A DNA stretch of 64,000 nt, from NCBI GenBank assembly GCA_937867305.1, contig CALMKJ010000025.1, forward strand, positions 12,196 through 76,195, written 5' to 3'. The DNA is from an uncultured Ectothiorhodospiraceae bacterium (GTDB lineage: Bacteria > Pseudomonadota > Gammaproteobacteria > JAABTG01). Made by a program: the position numbers and the translations under genes. The notes under the pieces are model-generated. The model had not been told where the DNA came from, made no database searches, and worked only from the letters and a program-made list of their open reading frames with translations. Below are positions 1-10,115 of the stretch, piece by piece; within the stretch, counting starts at the first letter, position 1, and every line of letters begins with the position of its first letter.

Positions 1-485
1 CGGCCGGCGTTTGCCACGTCCCGGAGGGGCGCCAGGTCTTCGCGCCGCTCAGCGTCGAGGACAACCTGCGGCTCGGGGCGTATCTCCACCGGCAGGAACG
101 GGCCTGGGTCGAGCGCGAGCTGGATCGCGTCTACACCCTGTTCCCGATCCTGGGCGAGCGCCGGGCGCAGCTGGCGGGGACCCTTTCCGGCGGCCAGCAG
201 CAGATGCTCTCCATCGGCCGCGCCCTGCTCGGCCGGCCGCGCCTGCTGCTCCTGGACGAACCCTCCATGGGGCTGGCGCCGCTGCTCGTCGAGGAGATCT
301 TCCGGGTGGTCCGGGAGCTGAACCGCAGCGGCGTGACCGTGCTCCTGGTGGAGCAGAACGCCCGCGCCGCGCTCGCCATCGCGGACCGCGGCTACGTGCT
401 CGAGACGGGCCGGGTGGTGCTGTCGGCCGCGGCCTCGGAGCTCCTCGCCGACGAGGGGGTGCGCAGGGCGTACCTGGGGCGTTGA
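1..485 (+). CDS. livF: Branched-chain amino acid ABC transporter ATP-binding protein, C-terminal part (5' end outside window)
   Basis: Frame-3 translation from base 3 gives ...[34 protein letters not shown]...[28 protein letters not shown]. This is the ABC signature, Walker B and D-loop with the LivF-type tail; stop at 485. Confidence 0.8.
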   Translation, partial: AGVCHVPEGRQVFAPLSVEDNLRLGAYLHRQERAWVERELDRVYTLFPILGERRAQLAGTLSGGQQQMLSIGRALLGRPRLLLLDEPSMGLAPLLVEEIFRVVRELNRSGVTVLLVEQNARAALAIADRGYVLETGRVVLSAAASELLADEGVRRAYLGR

Positions 486-572
486 CGGGGACGGACTCAG
501 GCAGGGCCCCCGGCGGTCAACGGCGGGGCCGTGGGGAGTGAACAGGGGGTCGAAGAGAGGGGAGGGCAGGAT

Positions 573-1235
573 ATGTACGTCGAGCAGATCATGTCCCGCA
601 ACGTGGCGAAGTGCAGCGAGGACACCCGGGTCACCCACCTGTCCGGCATGATGCACGAGCACTGCATCCACCACCTCCCGGTGGTCCGCGGCGAGGACAC
701 GCTCGTGGGGCTCGTCTCCTTCCGCGACCTGCAGCGTCTCTCGCCCTCGCCGGCCACGACGCTCTCGGTCGGCGAGGCGAACTACCTCCTTGGCAAGCTC
801 ACCGCATCCAAGGTGATGCACACCCAGGTGGTGACTTGCTCGCCCGACACCCTGGTGGAGGACGCGGCCTACCTGATGCGGCGCGAGGGGGTGGGCTGCC
901 TGCCGGTGACGCGCGACGGACGCCTGGTAGGTATCGTCACGGTCGAGGACATGCTGGACTTCTTTCTCGAGATCACCGGCTGTACCAGCGAGAGGACCGC
1001 CCGGATCGCGGTGCGCCTGCCGGACCGGACGGGCGAGTTGGCCAAGCTGCTGAGCTCGATCAACACCGCGGGGGGCTACATCGTCACCGTCGTCTCTCCC
1101 CAGCACCCGGACCGGAGCGGGATGCGCCTCGCCATCGTGCGCTACCGTGCCGACGAACCCCAGGCCGTGGACCGCAGGCTGCGGCAGCTCGGCTACGAGC
1201 TGATCACCGCGAGCCTGCCGCAGCCGCCCGGATGA
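573..1235 (+). CDS. CBS-pair plus ACT domain protein (AcuB-like)
   Basis: ATG at 573 preceded by purine-rich RBS (gaagagaggggagggcagg). Two CBS motifs (IMSRNVAKCSED..., VMHTQVVTCSPD...GCLPVTRDGRLVGIVT) followed by an ACT-like C-terminus. Confidence 0.7.
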   Translation: MYVEQIMSRNVAKCSEDTRVTHLSGMMHEHCIHHLPVVRGEDTLVGLVSFRDLQRLSPSPATTLSVGEANYLLGKLTASKVMHTQVVTCSPDTLVEDAAYLMRREGVGCLPVTRDGRLVGIVTVEDMLDFFLEITGCTSERTARIAVRLPDRTGELAKLLSSINTAGGYIVTVVSPQHPDRSGMRLAIVRYRADEPQAVDRRLRQLGYELITASLPQPPG

Positions 1236-2550
1236 GGTCCCGGTACCAGCGGTAGGAGCTCTTCGGGGTCCGGGCCTGGGTCGCGAAGTCCACGTGCACC
1301 AGGCCGAAGCGCGGGCCATAGCCCGAGCCCCACTCGAAGTTGTCGAGCACGCTCCACACGAAGTAGCCGCGCACGTCCGCGCCGGCGGCGATGGCGTCGT
1401 GCATGGAGCCGATGTGGGCCGCGAGGTAGCTCACCCGTTTCGGGTCCCGGACCCTGCCCGCGGCGTCTGGCCGGTCGTCACCACCAGCGCCGTTCTCGGT
1501 GACATAGACCGGTAGACGGTAGGCGCGGGAAAGGTCGAGCAGGAGGTCCCGGAAGGCCTCCGGGTAGATGGGCCAGCCGATCTCGGAGCGCGGCGCGTCG
1601 GCCGGCGGGCTGCCCCACCCGAACCCCCAGGGCAACGACGGGTCGGCCTTCGCGAAGATCGGTCCGTAGTGGTTCAGCCCGAACCAATCGAGGGGGCGGC
1701 AGATGCGCGCGAGGTCTCCTGCCCGAACGTAGGGCTCGATCACCTCGGCGATCCGTGGAGGATAGTGCCCCCGGAGCTGCGGGTCGGGGAACGCGTGGTT
1801 CCAGTGCTCGTCGAGCCACTGGGCCGCAGCGCGGTTTGGCTCGGTCTCGCCTTCGGGCCAGACGGGCTGCTGGTTGTGGATCGCCCCGATCGAGGCCCCC
1901 GGCACCAGGTCGCGCAGTACGTCCACCCCGGCCCCGTGGGCGAGGTTGACGTGGTGGATGGCGCGCAGGTGGGCGTCGCGGTCGCGCAGCCCCGGGGCGC
2001 CCCAGTCCATCGCGTAGCCGAACAGGGTGAAGACCGCGAATTCGTTGAACGTCGCCCAGTGTCTGACCCGGTCGCCACAGCGGCGGGCGACGACGGCGGC
2101 GTAGTCCGCGAACCAGCCGGCGCTGTCCCGGTGGGTCCACCCCCCGAGACCCTCGAGGGCCTGGGGCAGGTCCCAGTGGTAGAGGCAAACCCACGGCTCG
2201 ATCCCCGCGGCGAGCACGGTGTCGACGAGCCGGTCGTAGAAGTCGAGTCCCTTGCCGTTGACGGCGCCGCGGCCCCGCGGCAGCACCCGGGGCCAGGCGA
2301 CGGAGAAGCGGTAGGCGCCGATGCCCAGTTCCCGCATGAGCGCGACGTCCCCCGCGTAGCGGTGGTAGTGGTCACAGGCGACGTCGCCGGTGTCACCGTT
2401 CGCGACCTTGCCGGCCGTGCGGCAGCGGGTGTCCCAGATGCTGGGGAGGCGCCCGTCCTCGGCGGCGGCGCCCTCGATCTGGTAGCTGGAGGTGGAGACC
2501 CCCCAGAGGAACCCCTCGGGCCAGGCGGTGGGAAACGGCGGGGTAGGCAT
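1204..2550 (-). CDS. GH1 family beta-glucosidase
   Basis: MPTPPFPTAWPEGFLWGVSTSSYQIEGA..., TFNEF and ...YVTENG motifs typical of GH1. Start set to internal ATG (cat at 2548-2550) matching the canonical N-terminus; longer ORF-track start is GC-rich read-through. Confidence 0.8.
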   Translation of the reverse strand: MPTPPFPTAWPEGFLWGVSTSSYQIEGAAAEDGRLPSIWDTRCRTAGKVANGDTGDVACDHYHRYAGDVALMRELGIGAYRFSVAWPRVLPRGRGAVNGKGLDFYDRLVDTVLAAGIEPWVCLYHWDLPQALEGLGGWTHRDSAGWFADYAAVVARRCGDRVRHWATFNEFAVFTLFGYAMDWGAPGLRDRDAHLRAIHHVNLAHGAGVDVLRDLVPGASIGAIHNQQPVWPEGETEPNRAAAQWLDEHWNHAFPDPQLRGHYPPRIAEVIEPYVRAGDLARICRPLDWFGLNHYGPIFAKADPSLPWGFGWGSPPADAPRSEIGWPIYPEAFRDLLLDLSRAYRLPVYVTENGAGGDDRPDAAGRVRDPKRVSYLAAHIGSMHDAIAAGADVRGYFVWSVLDNFEWGSGYGPRFGLVHVDFATQARTPKSSYRWYRDLIRAAAAGSR

Positions 2551-2608
2551 GATGACCTCGGGTCCCTTGCCGGCGTCCGGGCTACGGGGCTTGCTTCCGG
2601 CGTTCAGG

Positions 2609-3190
2609 CTACTCTTCCCCTCCAGGGGGCAGGCCGTCAAGCTGGAGCAGGAGGCACTCGGCCTCGTGCCGAAGGCCCGCTTCCAGGAGCTCCGCCACCC
2701 GCCGCTCCAGCAGCGCGCGGTCCGCTGCGAGCTCCGGTGGCACGGGGGGGCATTCCCCGTCCTCCATCCGATACCGGGTGGGTTCCCGCGCAAGGGGCGT
2801 CGGGGAAGCCCTGGGGGCGACCTCGAAGACCTCAGGGACGGACAGGGGGCGCGTGGCCTCCCGCTGGCGCCCCGTCTCGGACCGTGGAGGCGAGGCCTTC
2901 ACGGCGGAGGGCAGGGCCTGTGCCTCTGGTGCGGCCGGTTCGTAGCGCGTCCGCGCGCGTCCGGCCCCCTTGTCCTGGACGCCTGGAAGCTCGAGCAGCA
3001 GGTTCACCGCGAGGACCAGCACCGCCGCCGTCGCCAGGGCGGGCAGCAGCCACTGGCGGCGCGGGCGCCGCAGCTCGGCGCGGGCGGCGGCACGGATGGC
3101 CGTGTCCAACCGCTGCGGAGGCTCCGGCCGCGGGGCCCGCCGGTAGAGGTCGAGGATGCGCTCGTCCCCGGGGTCGGGTCGCTCACTCAT
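2609..3190 (-). CDS. Putative anti-sigma factor (single-pass membrane protein)
   Basis: 8-bp overlap with upstream ECF sigma gene. One central TM helix (WLLPALATAAVLVLAVNLLL), cytoplasmic N-terminus, Pro/Ala-rich periplasmic C-terminus. Call rests on position and topology. Confidence 0.5.
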   Translation of the reverse strand: MSERPDPGDERILDLYRRAPRPEPPQRLDTAIRAAARAELRRPRRQWLLPALATAAVLVLAVNLLLELPGVQDKGAGRARTRYEPAAPEAQALPSAVKASPPRSETGRQREATRPLSVPEVFEVAPRASPTPLAREPTRYRMEDGECPPVPPELAADRALLERRVAELLEAGLRHEAECLLLQLDGLPPGGEE

Positions 3191-3698
3191 CGCAGTCCTC
3201 CAGGCCGGCCCGCAGCCGCCGCAGCGCGTAGCGCAAACGGCTCTTCACCGTCTCCCGGCCCGTGCCGGTCACCTCGGCGATCTGCTCGAGCGTCAGGCCG
3301 CCCTCGGTCTGCAGGAGGAAGGCGTCGCGCTGCTCCCGGGCGAGACCGGAGAGGAGCTTGAGCAGGCGCTCCACGCAGTCCCGCAGCAGGGTCCAGGCCT
3401 CGGGCCAAGGGAAGGACAGGTCGACGACGCTCTCGTCGATGGGCTCGCTCGCCGGTGGGCGCTGCCGCCAGTGGTCGGCGAGCAGGTTGCGGGCGATGCG
3501 AAAGAGCCAGGGGGCGAAGGCCGCCTGGGGACGCCAGCCCTGGCGGGCGCGGACCACCCGCAGCCAGGTCTCCTGGAAGAGCTCTTCCGCGGCACCGTCG
3601 CTCTCGCAGTGGCGCAGGAGATACCGGAAGAGGGGACCCCGGAAGCGCTCGTAGAGGGTGTCGAAGGCGTCCGCGTCGCCCGCCGCGTAGAGGGCCAT
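3183..3698 (-). CDS. ECF-type RNA polymerase sigma-70 factor
   Basis: Region 2 (LFRYLLRHC...EELFQETWLRV) and region 4 HTH (REQRDAFLLQTEGGLTLEQIAEVTGTGRETVKSRLRYALRRL). ATG at 3698 with GAGGA RBS; ORF-track TTG start at 3797 rejected. Confidence 0.75.
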   Translation of the reverse strand: MALYAAGDADAFDTLYERFRGPLFRYLLRHCESDGAAEELFQETWLRVVRARQGWRPQAAFAPWLFRIARNLLADHWRQRPPASEPIDESVVDLSFPWPEAWTLLRDCVERLLKLLSGLAREQRDAFLLQTEGGLTLEQIAEVTGTGRETVKSRLRYALRRLRAGLEDCDE

Positions 3699-3793
3699 CA
3701 GGTCCTCGTCGGCGGGCTCGCGGGGGGTGCCTTCGGCGGTGCTCACCGGGATAGGGTTCGGCAAGCTGGCGGCTCCGGGGTCCTCGGGGGGCC

Positions 3794-5515
3794 TCAATCC
3801 GGGGCTCGGTCCCCGGGGCCCGCGGGGGAGGCCGGCTCGAGCGAGTCGGCCAGCTTCACGAGCTTCAGGAACTCGGCCCGATGGCCCTCGGGGTCGTCTC
3901 CCCGGGCGCCCTGGGCGAGTTTCACAATGGCATCGTACCCGAAGCCCTCCAGGTACGTACCGCCCCGCAGCCGTTGGCCGAAGGCGGCCACCGCCGCCGC
4001 GAAGCGCAGATCGTCCGACGCCCCGCCCAGGTCGGCGCGCACGGTGGCGCGGGCGACCGGGCGCTCGATCAGGCTGCTCGCGGCCTCGTCGGTCTTCTTG
4101 TAACGCACCCGCACGAACGCGAGCTCCCGGGAGTGGCCCCCGGCGACCGCTTGGGACTGATAGCGCAGGGGCTCGACCCGCTCGCCGCCGCTCCCGGCGA
4201 GGGCGATCTCGTAGAGGGCCGTGACCGACTGCCCCGCCCCCACGTCACCGGCGTCCACCCGGTCGTTGGCGAAGTCCTCGCGGCGGAGCTGCCGGTTCTC
4301 GTAGCCGATGAGACGGTACTCCGAGACCGCGGAGGGATTGAATTCGACCTGCACCTTGGCGTCCCGGGCCACGGTGAGGAGGGTACCGCCCAGATTCTCC
4401 ACCAGGACCTTGCGGGCCTCCTGGAGGTCGTCGATGTAGGCATAGGCGCCGTCGCCTTGGTCGGCGAGCTGTTCCATCAGGCGCTCGTTGTAGTTGCCGG
4501 TGCCGAAGCCGAGGGTGGTCAGCGCCACGCCGTGCGCCCGCTCGCGCTTGACGAGGTCTACGAGGGCGTCGTGGCCGACCACGCCCACGTTGAAGTCGCC
4601 GTCGGTGGCCAGCAGGACGCGATTGATACCCCCGGGGATGAAGCCCTCGCGGGCCTTGGCGTAGGCGAGCTGGATGCCGGCCGCTCCGTGGGTGGGGCCG
4701 CCGGCCTCGAGCTGGTCGATGGCCGCCTCGATGGTGGCCTTGCGGTCGCCGGGGGTCGGCTCCAGGACCACGCCGCTGGCCCCGGCGTACGCCACCAGGG
4801 CGACCCGGTCCCGGGCGCCGAGCCGCCGGACGAGGAGGTGCAGGGACTGTTTGACCAGGGGCAGCTTGTCCGGGGACTTCATGGAGCCGGAGACGTCCAC
4901 CAGGAACACGAGGTTCGCGGGGGGCAGCCGCTCGGGCGGCGGCGCCCAGGTCTTCACCCCGATGCGCAGCAGGTGGGTCTTCGGGTTCCAGGGCGAGGGT
5001 GCGACCTCGGTGGTTACCGCGAAGGGGGCGTCACGGTTCGTGGGTGCGGCGTCGGAGTAGGCGAAGTAGTTGATCAGCTCCTCGGTGCGCACCGCGTCCG
5101 TCGGCGGCAGCCGGCCCTGGTGGAGGAACCGGCGCACGTTCGAATAACTGCCCGTGTCCACGTCGAGGGAGAAGGTGGACACCGGCAGCTCGGCGACCCG
5201 CTTGACGGGATTGTCGTCGAAGTGGGCGTACTGCTCCCGGTCGAGCGGCGCCGACGGGGTCCGGATGTCGAGCGGGGGGCTGTCCGCCATGGAGTAGGCG
5301 GCCGCGGGGGCGGACCCCTGCGGGGCGCCGGGGGCCATCCGGACCCTCGTCTTGCCTCTTTCCGCAGGTTCCGGGCTCGACCCGGTCCGTGCCTCATTCC
5401 GGGTGGACACGGGACCGGTCCCCTCCGCGTCCGGGGCCGAGGGCGGCGTGTGCAGGTTGCAGGCGCCGAGCGTGAGCAGGACGACGGGTGCGACGAGAAG
5501 GTGGCGCAGGGACAT
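3794..5515 (-). CDS. VWA-domain lipoprotein (YfbK / DUF3520-like)
   Basis: ATG at 5515 with GGAGGAG RBS. Lipobox signal MSLRHLLVAPVVLLTLGAC. VWA MIDAS motif VFLVDVSGSM...LATDGDFNVG. C-terminal DUF3520-like region. Confidence 0.7.
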   Translation of the reverse strand: MSLRHLLVAPVVLLTLGACNLHTPPSAPDAEGTGPVSTRNEARTGSSPEPAERGKTRVRMAPGAPQGSAPAAAYSMADSPPLDIRTPSAPLDREQYAHFDDNPVKRVAELPVSTFSLDVDTGSYSNVRRFLHQGRLPPTDAVRTEELINYFAYSDAAPTNRDAPFAVTTEVAPSPWNPKTHLLRIGVKTWAPPPERLPPANLVFLVDVSGSMKSPDKLPLVKQSLHLLVRRLGARDRVALVAYAGASGVVLEPTPGDRKATIEAAIDQLEAGGPTHGAAGIQLAYAKAREGFIPGGINRVLLATDGDFNVGVVGHDALVDLVKRERAHGVALTTLGFGTGNYNERLMEQLADQGDGAYAYIDDLQEARKVLVENLGGTLLTVARDAKVQVEFNPSAVSEYRLIGYENRQLRREDFANDRVDAGDVGAGQSVTALYEIALAGSGGERVEPLRYQSQAVAGGHSRELAFVRVRYKKTDEAASSLIERPVARATVRADLGGASDDLRFAAAVAAFGQRLRGGTYLEGFGYDAIVKLAQGARGDDPEGHRAEFLKLVKLADSLEPASPAGPGDRAPD

Positions 5516-5633
5516 GGGGTTCACTCCTCCGGGGTGTGGTACGGACTCCAGAACGGGGAATCGGGCCGGATGGGGTTAAACCGGCCCGGGATGCCCGCCC
5601 GCCGGAGGGTCCCCGCTCGCCTCCGTCCCCCGA

Positions 5634-7034
5634 TCAGAACAGCCGGTTCAGCCCGTTCAGCGCCGCCACGCGGTATGCCTCGGCCATGGTGGGGTAGTTG
5701 AAGGTCGTGTCGGCGAAGTAGGCGATGGAGTTGCCCGGTGGCTGTTGCGCCATGATGGCCTGGCCGATGTGCACGATCTCCGAGGCGCCCTCGCCGAAGC
5801 AGTGGATGCCGAGGAGTGCGAGCGTCTCGCGGTGGAAGAGAAGCTTCAGCATCCCCACGGTGCGACCCGTGATCTGGGCACGCGCGAGGCCCTGGAAGCG
5901 GGCCCGCCCGACCTCGTACGGCACCTGCTCGGCGGTGAGCTCGCGCTCGGTCCTGCCGAGGGAGCTGATCTCCGGGCTGGTGTAGATCCCGGTCGGTACC
6001 GACTCGACCATCCTCCGGTCGCAGGAGCCCCTGACGATGTGAGTGGCCGCGTAGCGGCCCTGGTCGAGGCTCGCGCTGGCCAGCGCGGGCGGGCCAATCA
6101 CGTCGCCCACCGCGTAGACGTGGGGAAGTGCGGTTTGCAGCGAGCCGTTGACCTCCACCTGACCGCGGCCGTTGACCCGCACGCCGAGCTCCTCGAGCCC
6201 GAGGCCCGCCGTGTTTCCGGTGCGCCCGTTGGCCCAGAGCAGCACGTCGGCCCGGAACTTCTTGCCCGAGCGGCAGTGCAGCACGACCCCATCGTCCCGG
6301 GGCTCTACGCCCGAGGCCGTCTCGTCGTTGCGGATCACGACGCCGAGGTTGCGCAGGTGATAGCTGAGCGCGTCGGTGATCTCGTCGTCCAGGAAGTTCA
6401 GGAGACGGTCCCGCGTGTTGACCAGATTCACCTGCGCGTCGAGGTGCGCGAAGACCGAGGCGTACTCGCAGCCGATGATGCCCGCGCCGTAGATCGTGAC
6501 CGAGCGGGGCGTGTAGTCGAGGTTGAGGACGCTGTCGCTGTCCCGCACCCGGGGGTGTGAGAAGTCCACGTCCTCGGGGTGATAGGGATGCGACCCCGCC
6601 GCGAGGACGAAGGCGTCGGCGTGATAGTGCTCCCGTCCACCCTTGGGCAGGGTCACCTCGACCGTGTGGGGGTCGACGAAGCGGGCGTTGCCCTCGATCA
6701 GGCTCACGCCGTTGCGCACGTAGTTGCGGTGGTGGGTGCGGACCTGCTCGGCGATGACCGAGTGGGCCCCCCGCAACAGGTCCGGGTAGGACACGCTGAC
6801 GTGCCCCACCGCCCCCTGGAACAGGGGGCTGCGGCGAAAGTCGGCAAGCTGCTGAACGGCCTGACGCAGGGCCTTGCTCGGGATGGTCCCCCAGTGGGTA
6901 CAGCCGCCGCCGACCCGGGGGTTGCGGTCGATCACGGCCACCCGGCGGCCGGACTTGCTGAGCTTCATGGCGGCGCCTTCGCCGCCCGGCCCGCTTCCGA
7001 TGACGATGACGTCGAAAACCTGTTCGCTCCCCAT
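5634..7034 (-). CDS. sthA: Soluble pyridine nucleotide transhydrogenase
   Basis: [57 protein letters not shown] closely parallels the E. coli SthA N-terminus. AAGGAG RBS before ATG 7034. Confidence 0.85.
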   Translation of the reverse strand: MGSEQVFDVIVIGSGPGGEGAAMKLSKSGRRVAVIDRNPRVGGGCTHWGTIPSKALRQAVQQLADFRRSPLFQGAVGHVSVSYPDLLRGAHSVIAEQVRTHHRNYVRNGVSLIEGNARFVDPHTVEVTLPKGGREHYHADAFVLAAGSHPYHPEDVDFSHPRVRDSDSVLNLDYTPRSVTIYGAGIIGCEYASVFAHLDAQVNLVNTRDRLLNFLDDEITDALSYHLRNLGVVIRNDETASGVEPRDDGVVLHCRSGKKFRADVLLWANGRTGNTAGLGLEELGVRVNGRGQVEVNGSLQTALPHVYAVGDVIGPPALASASLDQGRYAATHIVRGSCDRRMVESVPTGIYTSPEISSLGRTERELTAEQVPYEVGRARFQGLARAQITGRTVGMLKLLFHRETLALLGIHCFGEGASEIVHIGQAIMAQQPPGNSIAYFADTTFNYPTMAEAYRVAALNGLNRLF

Positions 7035-7045
7035 GCTGGGCTCCT

Positions 7046-9892
7046 TCAGCCGCAGGCGCCGATGGCGCCGCAGGCCGTGCAGAAATCGCAGCCGTCCCGG
7101 CGGACGACCGTATACCCTCCGCACTCCTCGCAACGCCGGCCAGGCTGGGTTCCAGGATTGCCCCCGCTGCGGGGCCCGGCACCCTCCACGACGCCCATCG
7201 GCTCCACCGGGAAGCCTTCACCGTCGAGGATGCCGAGCATGGCGTAGCGGTGGAGGATGAGCGCGGCCAGGTAGGCCACCGTCGAGGGATAGCTCCGCTG
7301 GCGGTGCCGGCCGGGCTCCCAGGCGAGGAAGTCCCCGCGCGGCTCCTGGAAGTCGGCGATCTGGCGCAGCTTCGCCCCGACCCAGGCCGGGTCGATCACG
7401 CGCATGTCGTAGGAGAGGCTCTTGCAGAGTCCGTCCAGGACCCGCGGATAGGCGCCGGACAGCCAGACGGAGTAGGGCCGGCGCTTGCCGTCGGGGAGGA
7501 CGAGCTCCTTCAGCCCCATCACGAAGTCGTCCCCGGTGGCCGGGTTCAGGATGTCCACGGTCCAGGACAGCGTGCCGTCCGTTCCCGTCTTGGGCTCCTT
7601 GGGGCTCATCAGGGCGTCCAGCACCGGGGTCGGCCCCAGGTCCTCGAACGCCCCGAGCTCCGTGCAGCGCAGGTGCACGAGGCGCGCGAAGCCCGCCACG
7701 AGGCTCGGGACGCGCACGGCCTCGCCGGAAGGCGGCATGGGCAGGTCGAAGGCATCGTCGCCGGAGGCCCGCATCAGGCTCTCGAGCTTGGTCCGCAGCC
7801 AGCCCCGGTCGTTCGAGCGCATGTCCATCGACAGGCTCTTGGCGAGCGCGCCGAGTCCCCGGGGTTGCTCTGCCCCGTTGACCCAGACCTCGAAGGGGTA
7901 GCTGCGCCCGCCGTCCTCGACGTGGCCGATGAACACCGCGAAGCTGCCGAGCGGGTGATCGATCAGGTAGGTCCAGGCGGGGTTTCCGTTGACCGGCCGC
8001 GGCCTGCGCTGCCAGCGCAGACTCGCGAGCGCTGGGCGGGGCACCCGGTCCAGGCGCAGCCGGCGGTCTGCATCGGAGAGGTCCAGGTCCTGGCGGTCCA
8101 CCACGGGCCCCGGCCGTGGCTCCGGCGCGAGCGTCTCGGCGGGTGGCGGCTCGACCGAGAGCACCGAGCCCGTCACCGGATTGGGGCGGAAGGTCGCGAG
8201 TCCCTTCAGCCCCGCGCGCCAGGCGTGCAGGTAGAGGTCCCGGAAATCGGTGAAGGGGTAGTCGGCCGGCACGTTGACGGTCTTGGAGATGGCGGCGTCG
8301 ACCCAGGGCTGCACCGCCTCGAGCATCCGCATGTGGTCGATGGCCGTGATCTCGAGCGCCGTGACCCAGTGCCCCGGGAGATGTGCGGTGTCGCCTCCGG
8401 TCTCGCGGTACTGGCGGTAGGCGTGGTCTTCGACCCGGTACTCGTCGTGCCCACCGTCGGCGCGACGCTTGCGCCGGGTGTATGTCCACGAGAAGGGGGG
8501 CTCGATCCCGTTGGATGCGTTGTCGGCGAACGCGAGACTGATGGTGCCCGTGGGCGCGACGGACAGCAGGTGGCTGTTGCGCAGCCCGTGCTCGCGGATG
8601 CGCTCGCGCAGGGGGGCCGGGAGCCTCGCGGCGAAGTCCGAAGCGAGATACCGCTCGGCGTCGAAGAGCGGGAAGGGGCCCTTCTCCCGGGCGAGGTCCA
8701 CCGAGGCCCCGTAGGCCGCGTCGCGCATCGTCCGGGCGATGGCCGCAGCCCGGGCCCGCGCGTCGAGCGTGTCGTAGCGCAGGCCCAGCATGATCAGCGC
8801 GTCCCCGAGACCCGTGAAGCCGAGCCCCACCCGCCGCTTGGCGGTCGCTTCGGCGCGCTGCTGCGCGAGCGGCCAGAAGGTCGACTGCAGGACGTTGTCG
8901 AGCATGCGGATGGCGACCGCGCAGACCTCCGCCAGATGCGCCTCGTCGAAGCGGGCCGCGCCGGTGAAGGGCTCCTCCACGAATCGCGTCAGGTCGACGC
9001 TGCCGAGGCAGCAGCAGCCATAGTCGGGCAGGGGCTGCTCGCCGCAGGGATTGGTCGCCTCCAGCCGCTCGCAGTAGGCGAGGTTGTTCTCGGCATTGGC
9101 GCGGTCCACGAAGAAGACGCCCGGCTCCGCGTGGTCGTAGGTGCTCCGCGTGACGGTGTCGAAGAGCTCGCGGGCGCGCACCGTGCGGTAGACCCAGAGT
9201 CCGTCCGCACGCCGGTGGGCGCCGGCGGCGAGGAGGTCTCCGGAAGGCTCCGCGCGATGCACCAGCTCCCACGGCCCGTCGGCCTCCACCGCCCGCATGA
9301 AGGCGTCGGTGAGGGCGACCGAGAGGTTGAAGTTGGTGAGCTCGCCCTTGGCGTCCTTGGCGTGGACGAAGGCCTCCACGTCGGGGTGGTCGCAGCGCAG
9401 GATGCCCATCTGCGCACCGCGCCGGGCGCCTGCGCTCTCGACCGTCTCGCACATCCGGTCGAATACCCTCATGTACGAGACCGGTCCCGAGGCCTTGCTG
9501 GCGGTGCCGCGCACCAGCGCCCCCTGGGGACGGATGCGGGAGAAGTCGTAGCCTACGCCGCCTCCGCGGCGCATGGTCTCGGCGGCCTCCGAGAGTGCCA
9601 CCATGATCCCGGGCTTGCCGTCCTCCTCCCCGAGGGTCGCGTCCCCGACCGGCTGCACGAAGCAGTTGATGAGGGTTGCCCGGATGTCGGTGCCCGCGGC
9701 GCTCATCACCCGCCCGGCGGGGATGAACCCCCCGCGCATCGCGTCGAGGAAACGGGGCTCCCAGGCGGCGGGCTCGCGCTCGACGGCCGCCAGCGCGCGG
9801 GCTACGCGGCGCTGGACTTCCTCCAGGGTCCGCTCCTCTCCCTTGGCGTACTTCTCCAGCAGGACATCGATCGAGATGGGTTGCGTGGTCAT
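7046..9892 (-). CDS. nrdJ: Class II (adenosylcobalamin-dependent) ribonucleotide reductase
   Basis: 948-aa ORF with RNR class II core and C-terminal Cys-rich tail [22 protein letters not shown]. Stop is 11 bp from sthA start. Confidence 0.85.
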   Translation of the reverse strand: MTTQPISIDVLLEKYAKGEERTLEEVQRRVARALAAVEREPAAWEPRFLDAMRGGFIPAGRVMSAAGTDIRATLINCFVQPVGDATLGEEDGKPGIMVALSEAAETMRRGGGVGYDFSRIRPQGALVRGTASKASGPVSYMRVFDRMCETVESAGARRGAQMGILRCDHPDVEAFVHAKDAKGELTNFNLSVALTDAFMRAVEADGPWELVHRAEPSGDLLAAGAHRRADGLWVYRTVRARELFDTVTRSTYDHAEPGVFFVDRANAENNLAYCERLEATNPCGEQPLPDYGCCCLGSVDLTRFVEEPFTGAARFDEAHLAEVCAVAIRMLDNVLQSTFWPLAQQRAEATAKRRVGLGFTGLGDALIMLGLRYDTLDARARAAAIARTMRDAAYGASVDLAREKGPFPLFDAERYLASDFAARLPAPLRERIREHGLRNSHLLSVAPTGTISLAFADNASNGIEPPFSWTYTRRKRRADGGHDEYRVEDHAYRQYRETGGDTAHLPGHWVTALEITAIDHMRMLEAVQPWVDAAISKTVNVPADYPFTDFRDLYLHAWRAGLKGLATFRPNPVTGSVLSVEPPPAETLAPEPRPGPVVDRQDLDLSDADRRLRLDRVPRPALASLRWQRRPRPVNGNPAWTYLIDHPLGSFAVFIGHVEDGGRSYPFEVWVNGAEQPRGLGALAKSLSMDMRSNDRGWLRTKLESLMRASGDDAFDLPMPPSGEAVRVPSLVAGFARLVHLRCTELGAFEDLGPTPVLDALMSPKEPKTGTDGTLSWTVDILNPATGDDFVMGLKELVLPDGKRRPYSVWLSGAYPRVLDGLCKSLSYDMRVIDPAWVGAKLRQIADFQEPRGDFLAWEPGRHRQRSYPSTVAYLAALILHRYAMLGILDGEGFPVEPMGVVEGAGPRSGGNPGTQPGRRCEECGGYTVVRRDGCDFCTACGAIGACG

Positions 9893-10115
9893 CCACGAAG
9901 TATGGGCCCGAAGGGCAGTGTTTGAGTATCCGGGGGATCATTGCCTGGGGGCCGAAGGACGATCCTTGAGCCCGCTCGGCTAGCCGTCCGATAATGAAAA
10001 ATACGCGCGTCGCAATCCCCAGCGGTCGTACTCCTCTCCGTCAGCCGCGACGCGACGCCCGGGCTCGCGGGGCTCAAAGGCTCGCGGGCTGGGCCGGAAC
10101 GGAGGGACGACGCGC

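Noticed and set aside
9893-10115. Possible cobalamin riboswitch or NrdR box upstream of nrdJ
   Set aside because: No B12-box-like core and no 16-bp NrdR palindromes were recognisable by eye, only two short hairpins. A covariance-model search would be needed to settle this.
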